This document shows, piece after piece, positions 1-11,188 of a stretch of 64,000 nucleotides of DNA (positions are counted from its first letter, which is position 1; each line of letters starts with the position of its first letter). The notes below the pieces were generated by a model that was not told the origin of the DNA, ran no database searches, and saw only the letters and a program-made list of their open reading frames with translations. This stretch comes from Acidobacteriota bacterium. Lineage in GTDB: Bacteria > Actinomycetota > Acidimicrobiia > Spongiisociales > UBA5794. A program made the position numbers and the translations under genes. The stretch is taken from assembly GCA_022562055.1 (NCBI GenBank), contig JADFQA010000012.1:14483-78482 (forward strand), written 5' to 3'.

Positions 1-14
1 GGGAAGATACTGGT

Positions 15-764
<750 letters not shown>

Positions 765-902
765 TCGATGACTAGACACACCACGGTCGCGAAGGGCGCG
801 ACTGTTGGCTTCCAACGAGGAGCCGGCCGTAATTCTGCGACAAACGGTCAAGAAGAAATTTCGCTGAAATCGCTTAAGAATCTGCAACCGGACCGACAGA
901 CC

Positions 903-1094
903 CTCTGCGAACGGGTAACCCCAAATGGCGAAGCGATATGGATCCGGCTCGGCATCACCACCAATAGCCGATGATTCATTCCCTTCACAAGGAGTTCCGC
1001 TAAGGATTCTCCTCGACACGTCGCTTCGTTATGGGTTACCAGCACTTACGAGTGCAGAATGAGGGTGAGGCGTTAAGCCTCACCCTCATTTTCG
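903..1094 (+). ncRNA. Candidate structured non-coding RNA, family unknown
   Basis: 914-921 pairs 1033-1040; 925-937 pairs 1020-1032 with G-U pairs on +; two inner hairpins; terminator follows. Confidence 0.4.
1058..1094 (+). terminator. Intrinsic terminator-like hairpin
   Basis: AATGAGGGTGAGGC-GTTAA-GCCTCACCCTCATT followed by T residues. Confidence 0.7.
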
Positions 1095-1149
1095 TCACGA
1101 TCCGTCTTCCGGCCTCGAGTGGAGCGGAAGTCGCACCGCACCCGCCCTT

Positions 1150-1593
1150 TCACTGAGGTGCACATGCCTCCCAGCCGCCCACCAGCCATCCTCCAGGGGT
1201 CAGATTCGTTCTGACCGTAAGCTTCCACGATCCGAAATCGTCCAAGAATGTCGCAGCGGCCGACTCGCCTACTTTCACTATTTGGTCGAGGTCCAGATCG
1301 TGCCAGTCCTGGCGGAGGCGATAATCGCCATCGTTGGCAATCCAATCATCGACAGCCGCGGCAGGGTCGTCGAATCCGCCGCCCTCATAGACCTCAACGC
1401 TGTAGTCGAAGATGGCTGCTTCCCGCTCGCCCGTGCACCCCGGTTCGGATCGATCATCCGCGTTCGCGTCCGTAGTCGCTGTCGTTGTCGACGCGACCGC
1501 GACGGACCCATCGAGGGCTGCGCCACCGCCACAGGCGTACGCCGCCACCGTAAAGGCCGTTGCCACAATCGCCATCCTGGGCGTCAACACCAT
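1150..1593 (-). CDS. Hypothetical lipoprotein
   Basis: Hydrophobic signal ending in lipobox-like AYAC-GG, Thr/Ala linker, two further Cys. Confidence 0.55.
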   Translation of the reverse strand: MVLTPRMAIVATAFTVAAYACGGGAALDGSVAVASTTTATTDANADDRSEPGCTGEREAAIFDYSVEVYEGGGFDDPAAAVDDWIANDGDYRLRQDWHDLDLDQIVKVGESAAATFLDDFGSWKLTVRTNLTPGGWLVGGWEACAPQ

Positions 1594-1721
1594 GACGCAA
1601 TTGTATGTTCGTGTTCACAGCTTTTGCCAGCGACTTTCCGCTCTAGCTTCCTGGCATGCGGCACATCGCCAGGCGACCCGCGCGGCTAGCTCCTCCTGCT
1701 TTGGCAGGAGGGTCGGTGCAA

Positions 1722-1757
1722 CAAGTTGGGCCCCGGATTGCTCCGGGGCCCAACTTG
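1722..1757 (-). terminator. groESL terminator hairpin
   Basis: Perfect 16-bp stem CAAGTTGGGCCCCGGA/TCCGGGGCCCAACTTG just after the groEL stop. Confidence 0.75.
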
Positions 1758-1775
1758 CATGTCAACAGACATGAG

Positions 1776-3428
<1,653 letters not shown>

Positions 3429-3716
3429 CTAACCCAACACAGCAAGTACGTCACGGGCTGAGAGAATCAAGTAATCCTCACCCTCGTACTTGACTTCTGT
3501 TCCGCCGTACTTCGAGTAGAAGACGACGTCACCAACACTGACATCGAGCGGGACACGCTCTCCGTCTTCGAAGAGACCTGGGCCGACAGCGAGTACATCA
3601 CCGAGCTGTGGTTTCTCCTTTGCCGTATCTGGGATGACAATTCCGCTTGCAGTGCGCTGTTCGTCTTCCTCTCGCGGCTGCACGACGATACGATCGCCGA
3701 GAGGCTTGAGCTTCAT
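3429..3716 (-). CDS. groES: Co-chaperonin GroES
   Basis: [12 protein letters not shown]...[16 protein letters not shown]; SD GAGGAAG upstream. Confidence 0.98.
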   Translation of the reverse strand: MKLKPLGDRIVVQPREEDEQRTASGIVIPDTAKEKPQLGDVLAVGPGLFEDGERVPLDVSVGDVVFYSKYGGTEVKYEGEDYLILSARDVLAVLG

Positions 3717-3742
3717 TCCGACTTCCTCCTTCAAGGCTGGAC

Positions 3743-3802
3743 TTAGCAGTCGGGTGCTTTGATTGCTAACGGATCGTAGCAGTCTCCAGACGCGAGTGCT
3801 AA
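3743..3802. promoter_or_regulatory. Two tandem CIRCE elements (HrcA operators)
   Basis: TTAGCAGTC-N9-GATTGCTAA (3743-3769) and GTAGCAGTC-N9-GAGTGCTAA (3776-3802) versus consensus TTAGCACTC-N9-GAGTGCTAA. Confidence 0.9.
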
Positions 3803-3829
3803 CTCGTCATGAGGGGAAAAAAGCGCGAC

Positions 3830-4840
3830 TTAGCGACCAATTTTCAGACTTGGATCAACATCGCTGGACCAGGGGGTGAACGCTCCGAGATCGTAGTGAT
3901 AACGCGCCGCCGCGGCGATCATGGCGCCGTTGTCGGTACACATCTCGGGACTCGGTAGTAGGAGATTCACCCCGCGACGGTCTGCCTCTTCCTTGAGCTT
4001 CTGACGAAGACGTCTGTTGGCAAGCACACCTCCACCGCCCGCAACGACCTCGACGCCTGTTGCTTCTACAGCGTTGAACGTCTTGGACACAATCGTGTCA
4101 ACAATTGCTTCCTGAATCGATGCGCAGACATCTTCGAGCGGAGGGACGGCGTTCTGAGCCTTTGCCTTTTCGAGGAACGTCACAACAGACGTCTTTAGGC
4201 CCGAGAAAGAGAAATCGTACGGCCGATCACGCATCGGCCGCGGGAAACGAATTGCGTCGGGGTCGCCGCCGGTGGCGTGCAGGTCGATCGCCGGCCCTCC
4301 GGGATAACCCAGGCCCATAAAGCGGGCAAGTTTGTCGAAAGCCTCGCCCGCAGCGTCGTCCAAAGTCTGTCCCATGACGTGGTAGTCCCCCCACGCACGC
4401 ATGTGCACGATCATTGAGTGACCGCCCGATACGAGCACCACGATCGCCGGCGGTTCGTAGTCGCTGTGCTCAAGTAGGGGCGCGAACAGGTGGCCTTCCA
4501 TGTGATCGACACCGATCAGCGGTTTCCCAAGCGTCCACGCCATCATCTTCCCGTACGCATAACCCACGGCAAGCGCACCGACAAGACCGGGGCCACGGGT
4601 AACGCCGATGACGTCAAGGTCGTCGTGGTGGATGCCGGCCTGGTTGAGAGCCTGGTGCACCAGGGGCCGGATCGCCTCCACATGGGCGCGTGCGGCGACC
4701 TCGGGAAGGATCCCGCCGTAACGAGCATGCTCCTCAACCTGGGTGGCCAACACGGAAGACAGCACCTCGTTGCCTGAAAGGACCGCAACCGCGGTCTCGT
4801 CGCAGCTCGTCTCGATACCAAGTATGAGCGGCTCCGTCAT
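3830..4840 (-). CDS. tsaD: t6A37 threonylcarbamoyltransferase TsaD
   Basis: ILGIETSCDET, HMEGH, LVSGGH, CTDNGAMIA. Confidence 0.97.
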   Translation of the reverse strand: MTEPLILGIETSCDETAVAVLSGNEVLSSVLATQVEEHARYGGILPEVAARAHVEAIRPLVHQALNQAGIHHDDLDVIGVTRGPGLVGALAVGYAYGKMMAWTLGKPLIGVDHMEGHLFAPLLEHSDYEPPAIVVLVSGGHSMIVHMRAWGDYHVMGQTLDDAAGEAFDKLARFMGLGYPGGPAIDLHATGGDPDAIRFPRPMRDRPYDFSFSGLKTSVVTFLEKAKAQNAVPPLEDVCASIQEAIVDTIVSKTFNAVEATGVEVVAGGGGVLANRRLRQKLKEEADRRGVNLLLPSPEMCTDNGAMIAAAARYHYDLGAFTPWSSDVDPSLKIGR

Positions 4841-5337
4841 ACGGCCTCCTCTAAGGACTCTCGTATGTCTGCAATACGGGTGGCATAATCTTGAGTGTCT
4901 ATGTCGATCGCCCACATCACAAGAGCGTCTTCGTCGCGGTAGTAGTCCTTGCGCACCCCGACGGGTGCAAAGCCAAACCGCTCATAGAGCCGACGGGCTG
5001 CGCTGTTCGACACGCGGACCTCCAACGTCAGGTGTTTCGCTCCTATGGCCAATGCGCGATCGACAAGGTCGATCATGAGGTGGGTTCCGATGCGCTTTTG
5101 TCGTGCTTGCGGGTCGACAGCGACCGTTGTGATGTGAGCGTCGTCTTCCACAATGAGCAACCCCGCATAGGCCACAATGGCGTCATCTGCCACCGCAACA
5201 ACGTAGGTGCGTGAATCAAGACCGAGTTCGTCAACGAATACCCGCATCGACCACGGCTGCGGATACACCGCTCGCTCGAGCTCGGCAACGACAGGGATGT
5301 CGGCGATGACCATCTTGCGAATCTGGACTGCGCTCAC
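4837..5337 (-). CDS. rimI: Ribosomal-protein-alanine N-acetyltransferase RimI
   Basis: PWS...LEVRVSN..A..LYERFGF...GVRKDYY; lies between tsaB and tsaD. Confidence 0.93.
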   Translation of the reverse strand: MSAVQIRKMVIADIPVVAELERAVYPQPWSMRVFVDELGLDSRTYVVAVADDAIVAYAGLLIVEDDAHITTVAVDPQARQKRIGTHLMIDLVDRALAIGAKHLTLEVRVSNSAARRLYERFGFAPVGVRKDYYRDEDALVMWAIDIDTQDYATRIADIRESLEEAV

Positions 5338-6053
5338 GATGGCTCCGATCCTGGCCACACACCCTCGACCCGAAACTCTTTCCACGAGATGTCGGCGTCG
5401 ACTTCACGCATGTACCGGGGACGAATGTCGTCGACCGTGGAGAACTCCCCCGACTTGGCTTGCAGATTCGCTATCTCAAACACTACGTCCGCGGATGGGT
5501 AGCGAGGTCTGCCTTGTTTTGCCCGTTGGATGCGGTCAAGAAATCCGTCCCCGATAGCACCGACGTCGCCGACGACGAGAGTCTCCGCATCGTCGCTCGA
5601 AAGCAACGTGTGGAACTCCTCAGCGGACACGACCTGGGCAGGACCATCCGCAACAACACCGCCGGGCACTGGCATGAACGCTTGAGTTGCGACCTGGCGC
5701 CTTCGCATGTCAATGACCGGCCATATGCGCCGACGCCCCGTGGCTGCTCGCCACGCGAGTGCCGTCAACGAACCGACCGGGATAATCGGGATCCCGATCG
5801 ACGCCGCAACCGCTTGGGCAGTTGCGACGCCTATCCGCAGACCGGTGTACGGACCCGGGCCAACGTTGACCGCGACTGCGTCAAGATCGCGAGCGGACCA
5901 GCCAACTTGATCGAAGAGCATGTCGATTGCAGGAGCCAGGAACGAAAGGTGGCCAACCCGGTCAACGCGGAGGCTCATCGCAAGAAGCTGGTCGCCGTCA
6001 CCAAGCGCGACAGATGAGGCCGCAGTGGCCGTGTCGATGGCGAGAATCTTCAA
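5334..6053 (-). CDS. tsaB: TsaB
   Basis: ILAIDTAT, GPGPYTGLRIG. Confidence 0.95.
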   Translation of the reverse strand: MKILAIDTATAASSVALGDGDQLLAMSLRVDRVGHLSFLAPAIDMLFDQVGWSARDLDAVAVNVGPGPYTGLRIGVATAQAVAASIGIPIIPVGSLTALAWRAATGRRRIWPVIDMRRRQVATQAFMPVPGGVVADGPAQVVSAEEFHTLLSSDDAETLVVGDVGAIGDGFLDRIQRAKQGRPRYPSADVVFEIANLQAKSGEFSTVDDIRPRYMREVDADISWKEFRVEGVWPGSEPS

Positions 6054-6511
6054 GCCAGCACCTGCTCAATGTTTCGATCCTTCCATGTGCCGCAGGCCTT
6101 GAAGTGGACCGTGCGAGCAGTGTCGGATGTGTGCTCAATGTAGATAGTTAGGTGATCGTCTGGAAGACTGGACTCGACAGCCTCTCCCCACTCAATGACC
6201 AGAACACCCGGAATGTCGAGAATATCCAGATCGGCGAGTTCCGCCGTGCTGCCGAGACGGTACATGTCGGCGTGTGTCAGTTCGAGGAACCCGTGGTAGT
6301 GCTTCACGATGGTGAACGTCGGGCTTGTGATTGGCTCAGAGATCCCCAACCCCTCGGCGATGCCACCGACGAATAGTGTCTTGCCTGCGCCAAGGCGGCC
6401 GTTGAGCAAAACCACGTCACCATCGGTCAGTAGCGGCGCGAGCCGACGGCCAATCGCTAATGTCTCGTCTGGCGAAACGCTGTCTATAGAAAATGAGTTA
6501 CTTTCGTTCAA
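6050..6511 (-). CDS. tsaE: TsaE ATPase
   Basis: GRLGAGKT, ITSPTF, HADMYRL, IEWG. Confidence 0.96.
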   Translation of the reverse strand: MNESNSFSIDSVSPDETLAIGRRLAPLLTDGDVVLLNGRLGAGKTLFVGGIAEGLGISEPITSPTFTIVKHYHGFLELTHADMYRLGSTAELADLDILDIPGVLVIEWGEAVESSLPDDHLTIYIEHTSDTARTVHFKACGTWKDRNIEQVLA

Positions 6512-7170
6512 AAGAGATCTAGCTGCTCGGGACTGACTGATGTCGACTCTTCGACTTCGGAGGCACCGGTCGTGTTGTCAGCAGTATCGTCGAGAATGTC
6601 GCGAACGAGGGTAAAATCTTCCTGCATCGCGGCAAGCACCCTGGCAGACCCGCGCAACGCTGCGGCGGGGTGGAACGTCGGCACGAGTTTTCTCCCCCAC
6701 CACGGGTACGCGTTGCCCCGCAGTCGGGTTATGCCGACGGTGGTGTTGAGCAGCAACTTCGACGAGAAGTTGCCCAGCGTAACGACGACCTTAGGGTCTA
6801 TCAGAGAGAGCTGCTGACGCAAATACGGCTTACAGGCATCGATTTCTAACGGGCGTGGGTCGCGGTTCCCCGGCGGGCGGCACTTCACGACATTGGCGAT
6901 GTATACGTCCTCTCTTGCGAGTCCGATCTCACCGAGCAGCGTGTCAAGCAGGGCGCCCGAGCGGCCCACAAACGGTAGTCCCTGCTCGTCCTCGTTCTTG
7001 CCAGGCGCCTCTCCCACGATGACGACCGCCGCGTCCGGGTCGCCGGCGCCAAAAACGACATTTGTGCGGGTCGGGGCAAGATCGCAATTGGTGCAGACCG
7101 AGGCTTGTTCGGACAGAATTTGCAACTCGGCCGAGCGAATGGCAGCGGGCTGTTTTGTAACAGGGGACAT
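6508..7170 (-). CDS. Family-4 uracil-DNA glycosylase (4Fe-4S)
   Basis: CTNCDL, GEAPG, FVGRSG, VKCRPPGNR, FHPAAAL. Confidence 0.93.
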   Translation of the reverse strand: MSPVTKQPAAIRSAELQILSEQASVCTNCDLAPTRTNVVFGAGDPDAAVVIVGEAPGKNEDEQGLPFVGRSGALLDTLLGEIGLAREDVYIANVVKCRPPGNRDPRPLEIDACKPYLRQQLSLIDPKVVVTLGNFSSKLLLNTTVGITRLRGNAYPWWGRKLVPTFHPAAALRGSARVLAAMQEDFTLVRDILDDTADNTTGASEVEESTSVSPEQLDLF

Positions 7171-7423
7171 CACCGAACGGTACCAAGCTGGAGACAACAT
7201 TATTGCGCTTTCTACCCCAGATCTCTGCGTGGACGGGATAAGGAGAGCGAGGAGTCCCTTGCCGGCGCGATGTCCGTTCGTTAGAAGCCGAAACTGCAGA
7301 TGTCCGTGCGACCGCTGGGTTGGACAATCGATGCGGGGCGGTGGGCTGGCGATTGCAGTCCCTCACCCAAGAACCTAGTTCCCGCATCTTGCCCTGCATC
7401 TTGTTGCGATCCCCGGCTGTCAG

Positions 7424-8554
7424 TCACACTTTCGGGCCATCGGATCGACGGGGGTACCGTCTGGGGAGTCTGGCACTGAATCCACATACGACCTCATAGC
7501 TGATCGTGTCGAGGAGATCCGCCCACTCTTCCGCAGAGATTCGGTCATTGCCCTGGGGTCCCAGAAATACGACCTCATCACCAACGCTGACGTCGTCAGA
7601 ACCACAATCGATGACGACCTGGTCCATTGTTACGTTGCCTGCAAACGGGTATCTCCGTCCGTTGATGAGGACCTCGCCCCCGGCATCAGACAGCCGTCGG
7701 GGGATTCCATCGGCGTATCCGATGGGGACGGTCGCGACGGTCGACGCGACCGGTAATGGGCGCCGTCGTCCGTAACTCAAGCGCTCCCCGGCCGGGAGCG
7801 CTTGAGTCATGGAGACATGAGACACGACACGCATCGCCGGCTGGAGATCGACAATGGCCTCCTCGTCGGGGTGCGGATACATGCCATAACAACCGAGTCC
7901 CACCCGAACGAGATCAAAGCGCGCCTCTGGGAAGTTCAGAGCGCCAGCCGTGTTGCAGGCGTGAACGAGCGGCGGGTAGATGCCTGCAGTGTGCAGTCGG
8001 TCAACGAATCCATCGAACTGCTCGATCTGAATAAGGGTAAATGCGGCGTCTTCTTCGGCAACCGCAAAGTGTGTGAAGACACCACCAAGAATCAACCGAT
8101 CATCCTGCTCGATGCGAGTCACAAGCTCGAACGCGACCTCCGCCGCTGCACCGACCCGATGCATGCCGGTGTCTACCTTGACATGAACGGCGACAGGGTC
8201 AGACGACGCGTCGGTGACCGTGGCTGCGATCGACTCGACAAAATCAAGTCGATACACGGTAGGTGTGAGGCGCCATTTGACGACGACCTCCGCCAGATCA
8301 TCTGGCGGTTCTGATAGCACGAGGATCGGAGCATCGATACCCGCCTCGCGCAACCGGATTCCCTCGTTCACAAGGGCGACTGCGAGGTGGGCGGCGCCAC
8401 CGCGAAGCGCTGCCTCGGCTGCTGGAATATCGCCGTGCCCATAGCCGTCCGCCTTCACCACCGCGCAGACTGCTGCCGGCGCAACGACCGCGGCGATGGA
8501 CCGCACGTTGTGCTCGATGGCATCGAGGTCGATTTCTATCCAGCTTGGCCGCAC
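7424..8554 (-). CDS. alr: Alanine racemase
   Basis: VVKADGYGHG, HVKVDTGMHRVG, GYADG, ISYEV. Confidence 0.97.
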   Translation of the reverse strand: MRPSWIEIDLDAIEHNVRSIAAVVAPAAVCAVVKADGYGHGDIPAAEAALRGGAAHLAVALVNEGIRLREAGIDAPILVLSEPPDDLAEVVVKWRLTPTVYRLDFVESIAATVTDASSDPVAVHVKVDTGMHRVGAAAEVAFELVTRIEQDDRLILGGVFTHFAVAEEDAAFTLIQIEQFDGFVDRLHTAGIYPPLVHACNTAGALNFPEARFDLVRVGLGCYGMYPHPDEEAIVDLQPAMRVVSHVSMTQALPAGERLSYGRRRPLPVASTVATVPIGYADGIPRRLSDAGGEVLINGRRYPFAGNVTMDQVVIDCGSDDVSVGDEVVFLGPQGNDRISAEEWADLLDTISYEVVCGFSARLPRRYPRRSDGPKV

Positions 8555-8583
8555 GCCGGTCCCTTCTGTCGTTGTTGAGGACG

Positions 8584-9996
8584 CTACTCGGGTTCTATAT
8601 GGGTGGCACCTGCGAGAACCTCGCCAACGGCGTCGATGAGGTTCGCCGCCGTGACCAGACGGTTCGCTCGTTGGCGAGCACCGGCAACTCCATGCCAGTA
8701 AGCAGCGGACCGCGCTGCAACATCGGGCTCCATCCCGGCTGCAAGGAACGCCCCGATCATGCCGCTGAGCACGTCACCTGTCCCGATCGTTGCTAGCTCT
8801 GGGCCACCGGTGTTCACAACCCAGGTTTGCTGGCCATGGATGAACGTCGGGTTGCCTTTCTCGACAATCACCGCGCCATATCGAAGAGCGGTATCAGCCA
8901 CCGGTTCGGTCTCATGACTGCGCAATGACCGGAGCTCTCCAGCATGCGGAGTGAGAACAGTCGGTGCTGAACGGGCAGCGATCGCATCGGCGTCGGCAAT
9001 CGCACGCAAGGCGTCGGCGTCGATGACGGTGGGGCCGGGCCAGCGGGTCGCGATCTCGGCGAGCACTGCGTCAGACGACCTACCCGCGCCGGGTCCGAGC
9101 ACCAAGACATCGAAGCGGTCGGCGAGCGTTAACACTGGTCCAATGTCTGCTTGAGTAAAGCAGTCGCCGCCCCCGACGCTGTGAGACAGCAGGTGGGCCG
9201 GCAGCGGGCCATCGACACCGCCGGGCCGGACAACCGTGACTGCACCGGCACCGGCCGCAAGTGCTGCTTCGGCAGCCAACACCGGAGCTCCACCCATCCC
9301 TACGGAACCGCCGACCAGCGCAACCGAACCGGCCGACCACTTGTGGCTGTGTCGGGGCCGCTGTGGCAATGGAGCGTCGCGGCTCTCGCACAACAACCAG
9401 ATCGGTATTTCGCCAGAGAGACCGATGTCGACAACGACAACGTCGCCAGCGCGCTCAGCGCCGGCACCGACAAGAAGGCCGGGTTTGAGGGCGTGGAATG
9501 TCACCGTAGTGTCCGCTGTGAAAGCACGCCCACGGACTTCGCCGGTACCGGCGTCGACACCTGAAGGTATGTCAATCGACAACACGCGCGCCGAAGTCCC
9601 CGCCCAGTCGGAGAGAACATCAGGAAGCTCGCCGCTGAATCCAACACCAAAGAGGGCGTCGATCACAAAGTCTGGTGTCCAGAGATCCGTAAGTTCGTGC
9701 AACCGCACGCCCGCCGCAAGCGCCCGCTCTCGAACGTCTGACGCAAGCGAACCTTCGTTCGGGACCGCAAACTCGTGAACCTTCACACGGACGCCGCGCT
9801 TGGCGAGATGGAACGCCGCAACCCAGCCGTCACCACCGTTGTTTCCCTTGCCGGTCAGCACCGCGACCGAATCGCCGTAACCGAGCGCTGTAATACACGA
9901 CACTGCGTAACCGGCACGCTCCATCAGCGTCGCCAAAGGGACAGACGTACTCTCGTCAAGGCGCAAAGACTCTTGTGGGGTGATCACGGGCTGCAC
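8584..9996 (-). CDS. nnr: Bifunctional NAD(P)H-hydrate epimerase/dehydratase
   Basis: LMERAG, GKGNNGGDG, DIPSG, TPHAGE, GTGDVLSG; leaderless GTG start inferred. Confidence 0.93.
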   Translation of the reverse strand: MQPVITPQESLRLDESTSVPLATLMERAGYAVSCITALGYGDSVAVLTGKGNNGGDGWVAAFHLAKRGVRVKVHEFAVPNEGSLASDVRERALAAGVRLHELTDLWTPDFVIDALFGVGFSGELPDVLSDWAGTSARVLSIDIPSGVDAGTGEVRGRAFTADTTVTFHALKPGLLVGAGAERAGDVVVVDIGLSGEIPIWLLCESRDAPLPQRPRHSHKWSAGSVALVGGSVGMGGAPVLAAEAALAAGAGAVTVVRPGGVDGPLPAHLLSHSVGGGDCFTQADIGPVLTLADRFDVLVLGPGAGRSSDAVLAEIATRWPGPTVIDADALRAIADADAIAARSAPTVLTPHAGELRSLRSHETEPVADTALRYGAVIVEKGNPTFIHGQQTWVVNTGGPELATIGTGDVLSGMIGAFLAAGMEPDVAARSAAYWHGVAGARQRANRLVTAANLIDAVGEVLAGATHIEPE

Positions 9997-10063
9997 CAGA
10001 GCAGTGTACGAAGAAACCCGGCCGATGGGTGAAATCTCAAGTCTCCCGGCCGACACATGTCCC

Positions 10064-10700
10064 ATGACATCTCTGAAACGCTCAGTTCAGACCTGGGCCG
10101 CGGGAGGGGCTGCAATTGGCGCGCTGTTTCTCGCCGCGGGTTGGATCGTCGGGTTCGCCCACTCCCCAGATGTGCTGTTTGCAGTAATGATTGCGGATAA
10201 ACCCGCGTTGTGGGTCGTGACATTCACACCGATCGTGCTGTCTGTCATCGGAGGGCTTCTCGGTCTTGCGTTGGCGCAGTTTGGACAAACGCAGGGTGAT
10301 GCCACCGAGCTAGCTGAGCGCGTTGCGGAGGGCACCACCGCAGCAATCCATGAACACAATGTGGAGACGGTTCGCACGGGCAGCGTCCAATCCGAATACT
10401 TTGCATCACTTTCACACGACATGCGCACACCCTTATCAGCGATCATTGGCTTTTTGCGATCGGCGAGGACAGCGAAAACATCTCACACAGCGACCTCGTC
10501 ACCTACATGGCCGAAATCGGGTCAAGTGCGAACAGCCTGCTCAGCATCATTACCGATCTTCTCGATGCGGCGAAGTTAGACAACGGGTCGGTGGAGATCC
10601 ACATCTCTGACGTCGATGGCGGCGCGGTTGCCGCGGAGGTACCCCGTCATTTCGATCATCGTCTTGGCACTACTGGCAATGTTCCGCAGCCAACTCGTGG
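10064..10700 (+). pseudogene. Frameshifted, truncated sensor histidine kinase
   Basis: Two TMs and H-box SLSHDMRTPL; continuation LLSIITDLLDAAKL in another frame after T5 run at 10451-10455; no HATPase domain. Confidence 0.7.
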
Positions 10701-10732
10701 GAACGTAGCGGCGGTCACGCCACGCGTGCACG

Positions 10733-11116
10733 TTACGCTGGATCTTCACCGACGGACATCGCAAACACCATGGCATCGGTGTCGGTGTGCGTGATGGTGA
10801 GCAACACATGGGAAATTCCGAGTTGTTTCGCTCGGGCCTCGGCAACACCGAAGAGGCGCACCCGCGGTGCTCCACCACCGGTGATTTCTATATCGTGCCA
10901 TGGGATCTTGCGCCAACCCCAAAAGAGACTTTTCATCACAGCTTCTTTGCCGGCGAAACGCGCCGCAAGACGCCCTGATGGGTCCTTGTAGCGGTGGGCA
11001 TACTGCCATTCGTGATCGCTGAAACAACGATCTTTGAAATGCTCCCCATAACGTTCATACAGACGCCGGACGCGTGCAATCTCAGCAAGATCGATTCCAA
11101 GGCCAATGATGCGCAA
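10733..11116 (-). CDS. acpS: Holo-ACP synthase
   Basis: GLGIDL, AARFAGKEAVMKSL, TITH. Confidence 0.95.
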   Translation of the reverse strand: MRIIGLGIDLAEIARVRRLYERYGEHFKDRCFSDHEWQYAHRYKDPSGRLAARFAGKEAVMKSLFWGWRKIPWHDIEITGGGAPRVRLFGVAEARAKQLGISHVLLTITHTDTDAMVFAMSVGEDPA

Positions 11117-11188
11117 TCGATTCTCCGTCCGTGCGAGCGGAGCCTACCGTCCCCCGACAACTTCGCACACACCGGTGAACCCGGCGAA

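Noticed and set aside
870-900. Sigma-28/WhiG-like promoter (TTAAG...ACCGACAG) before the candidate RNA
   Set aside because: Spacing and -10 match are too weak to call without data
7200-7420. alr-udg intergenic gap
   Set aside because: No supportable ORF or structure
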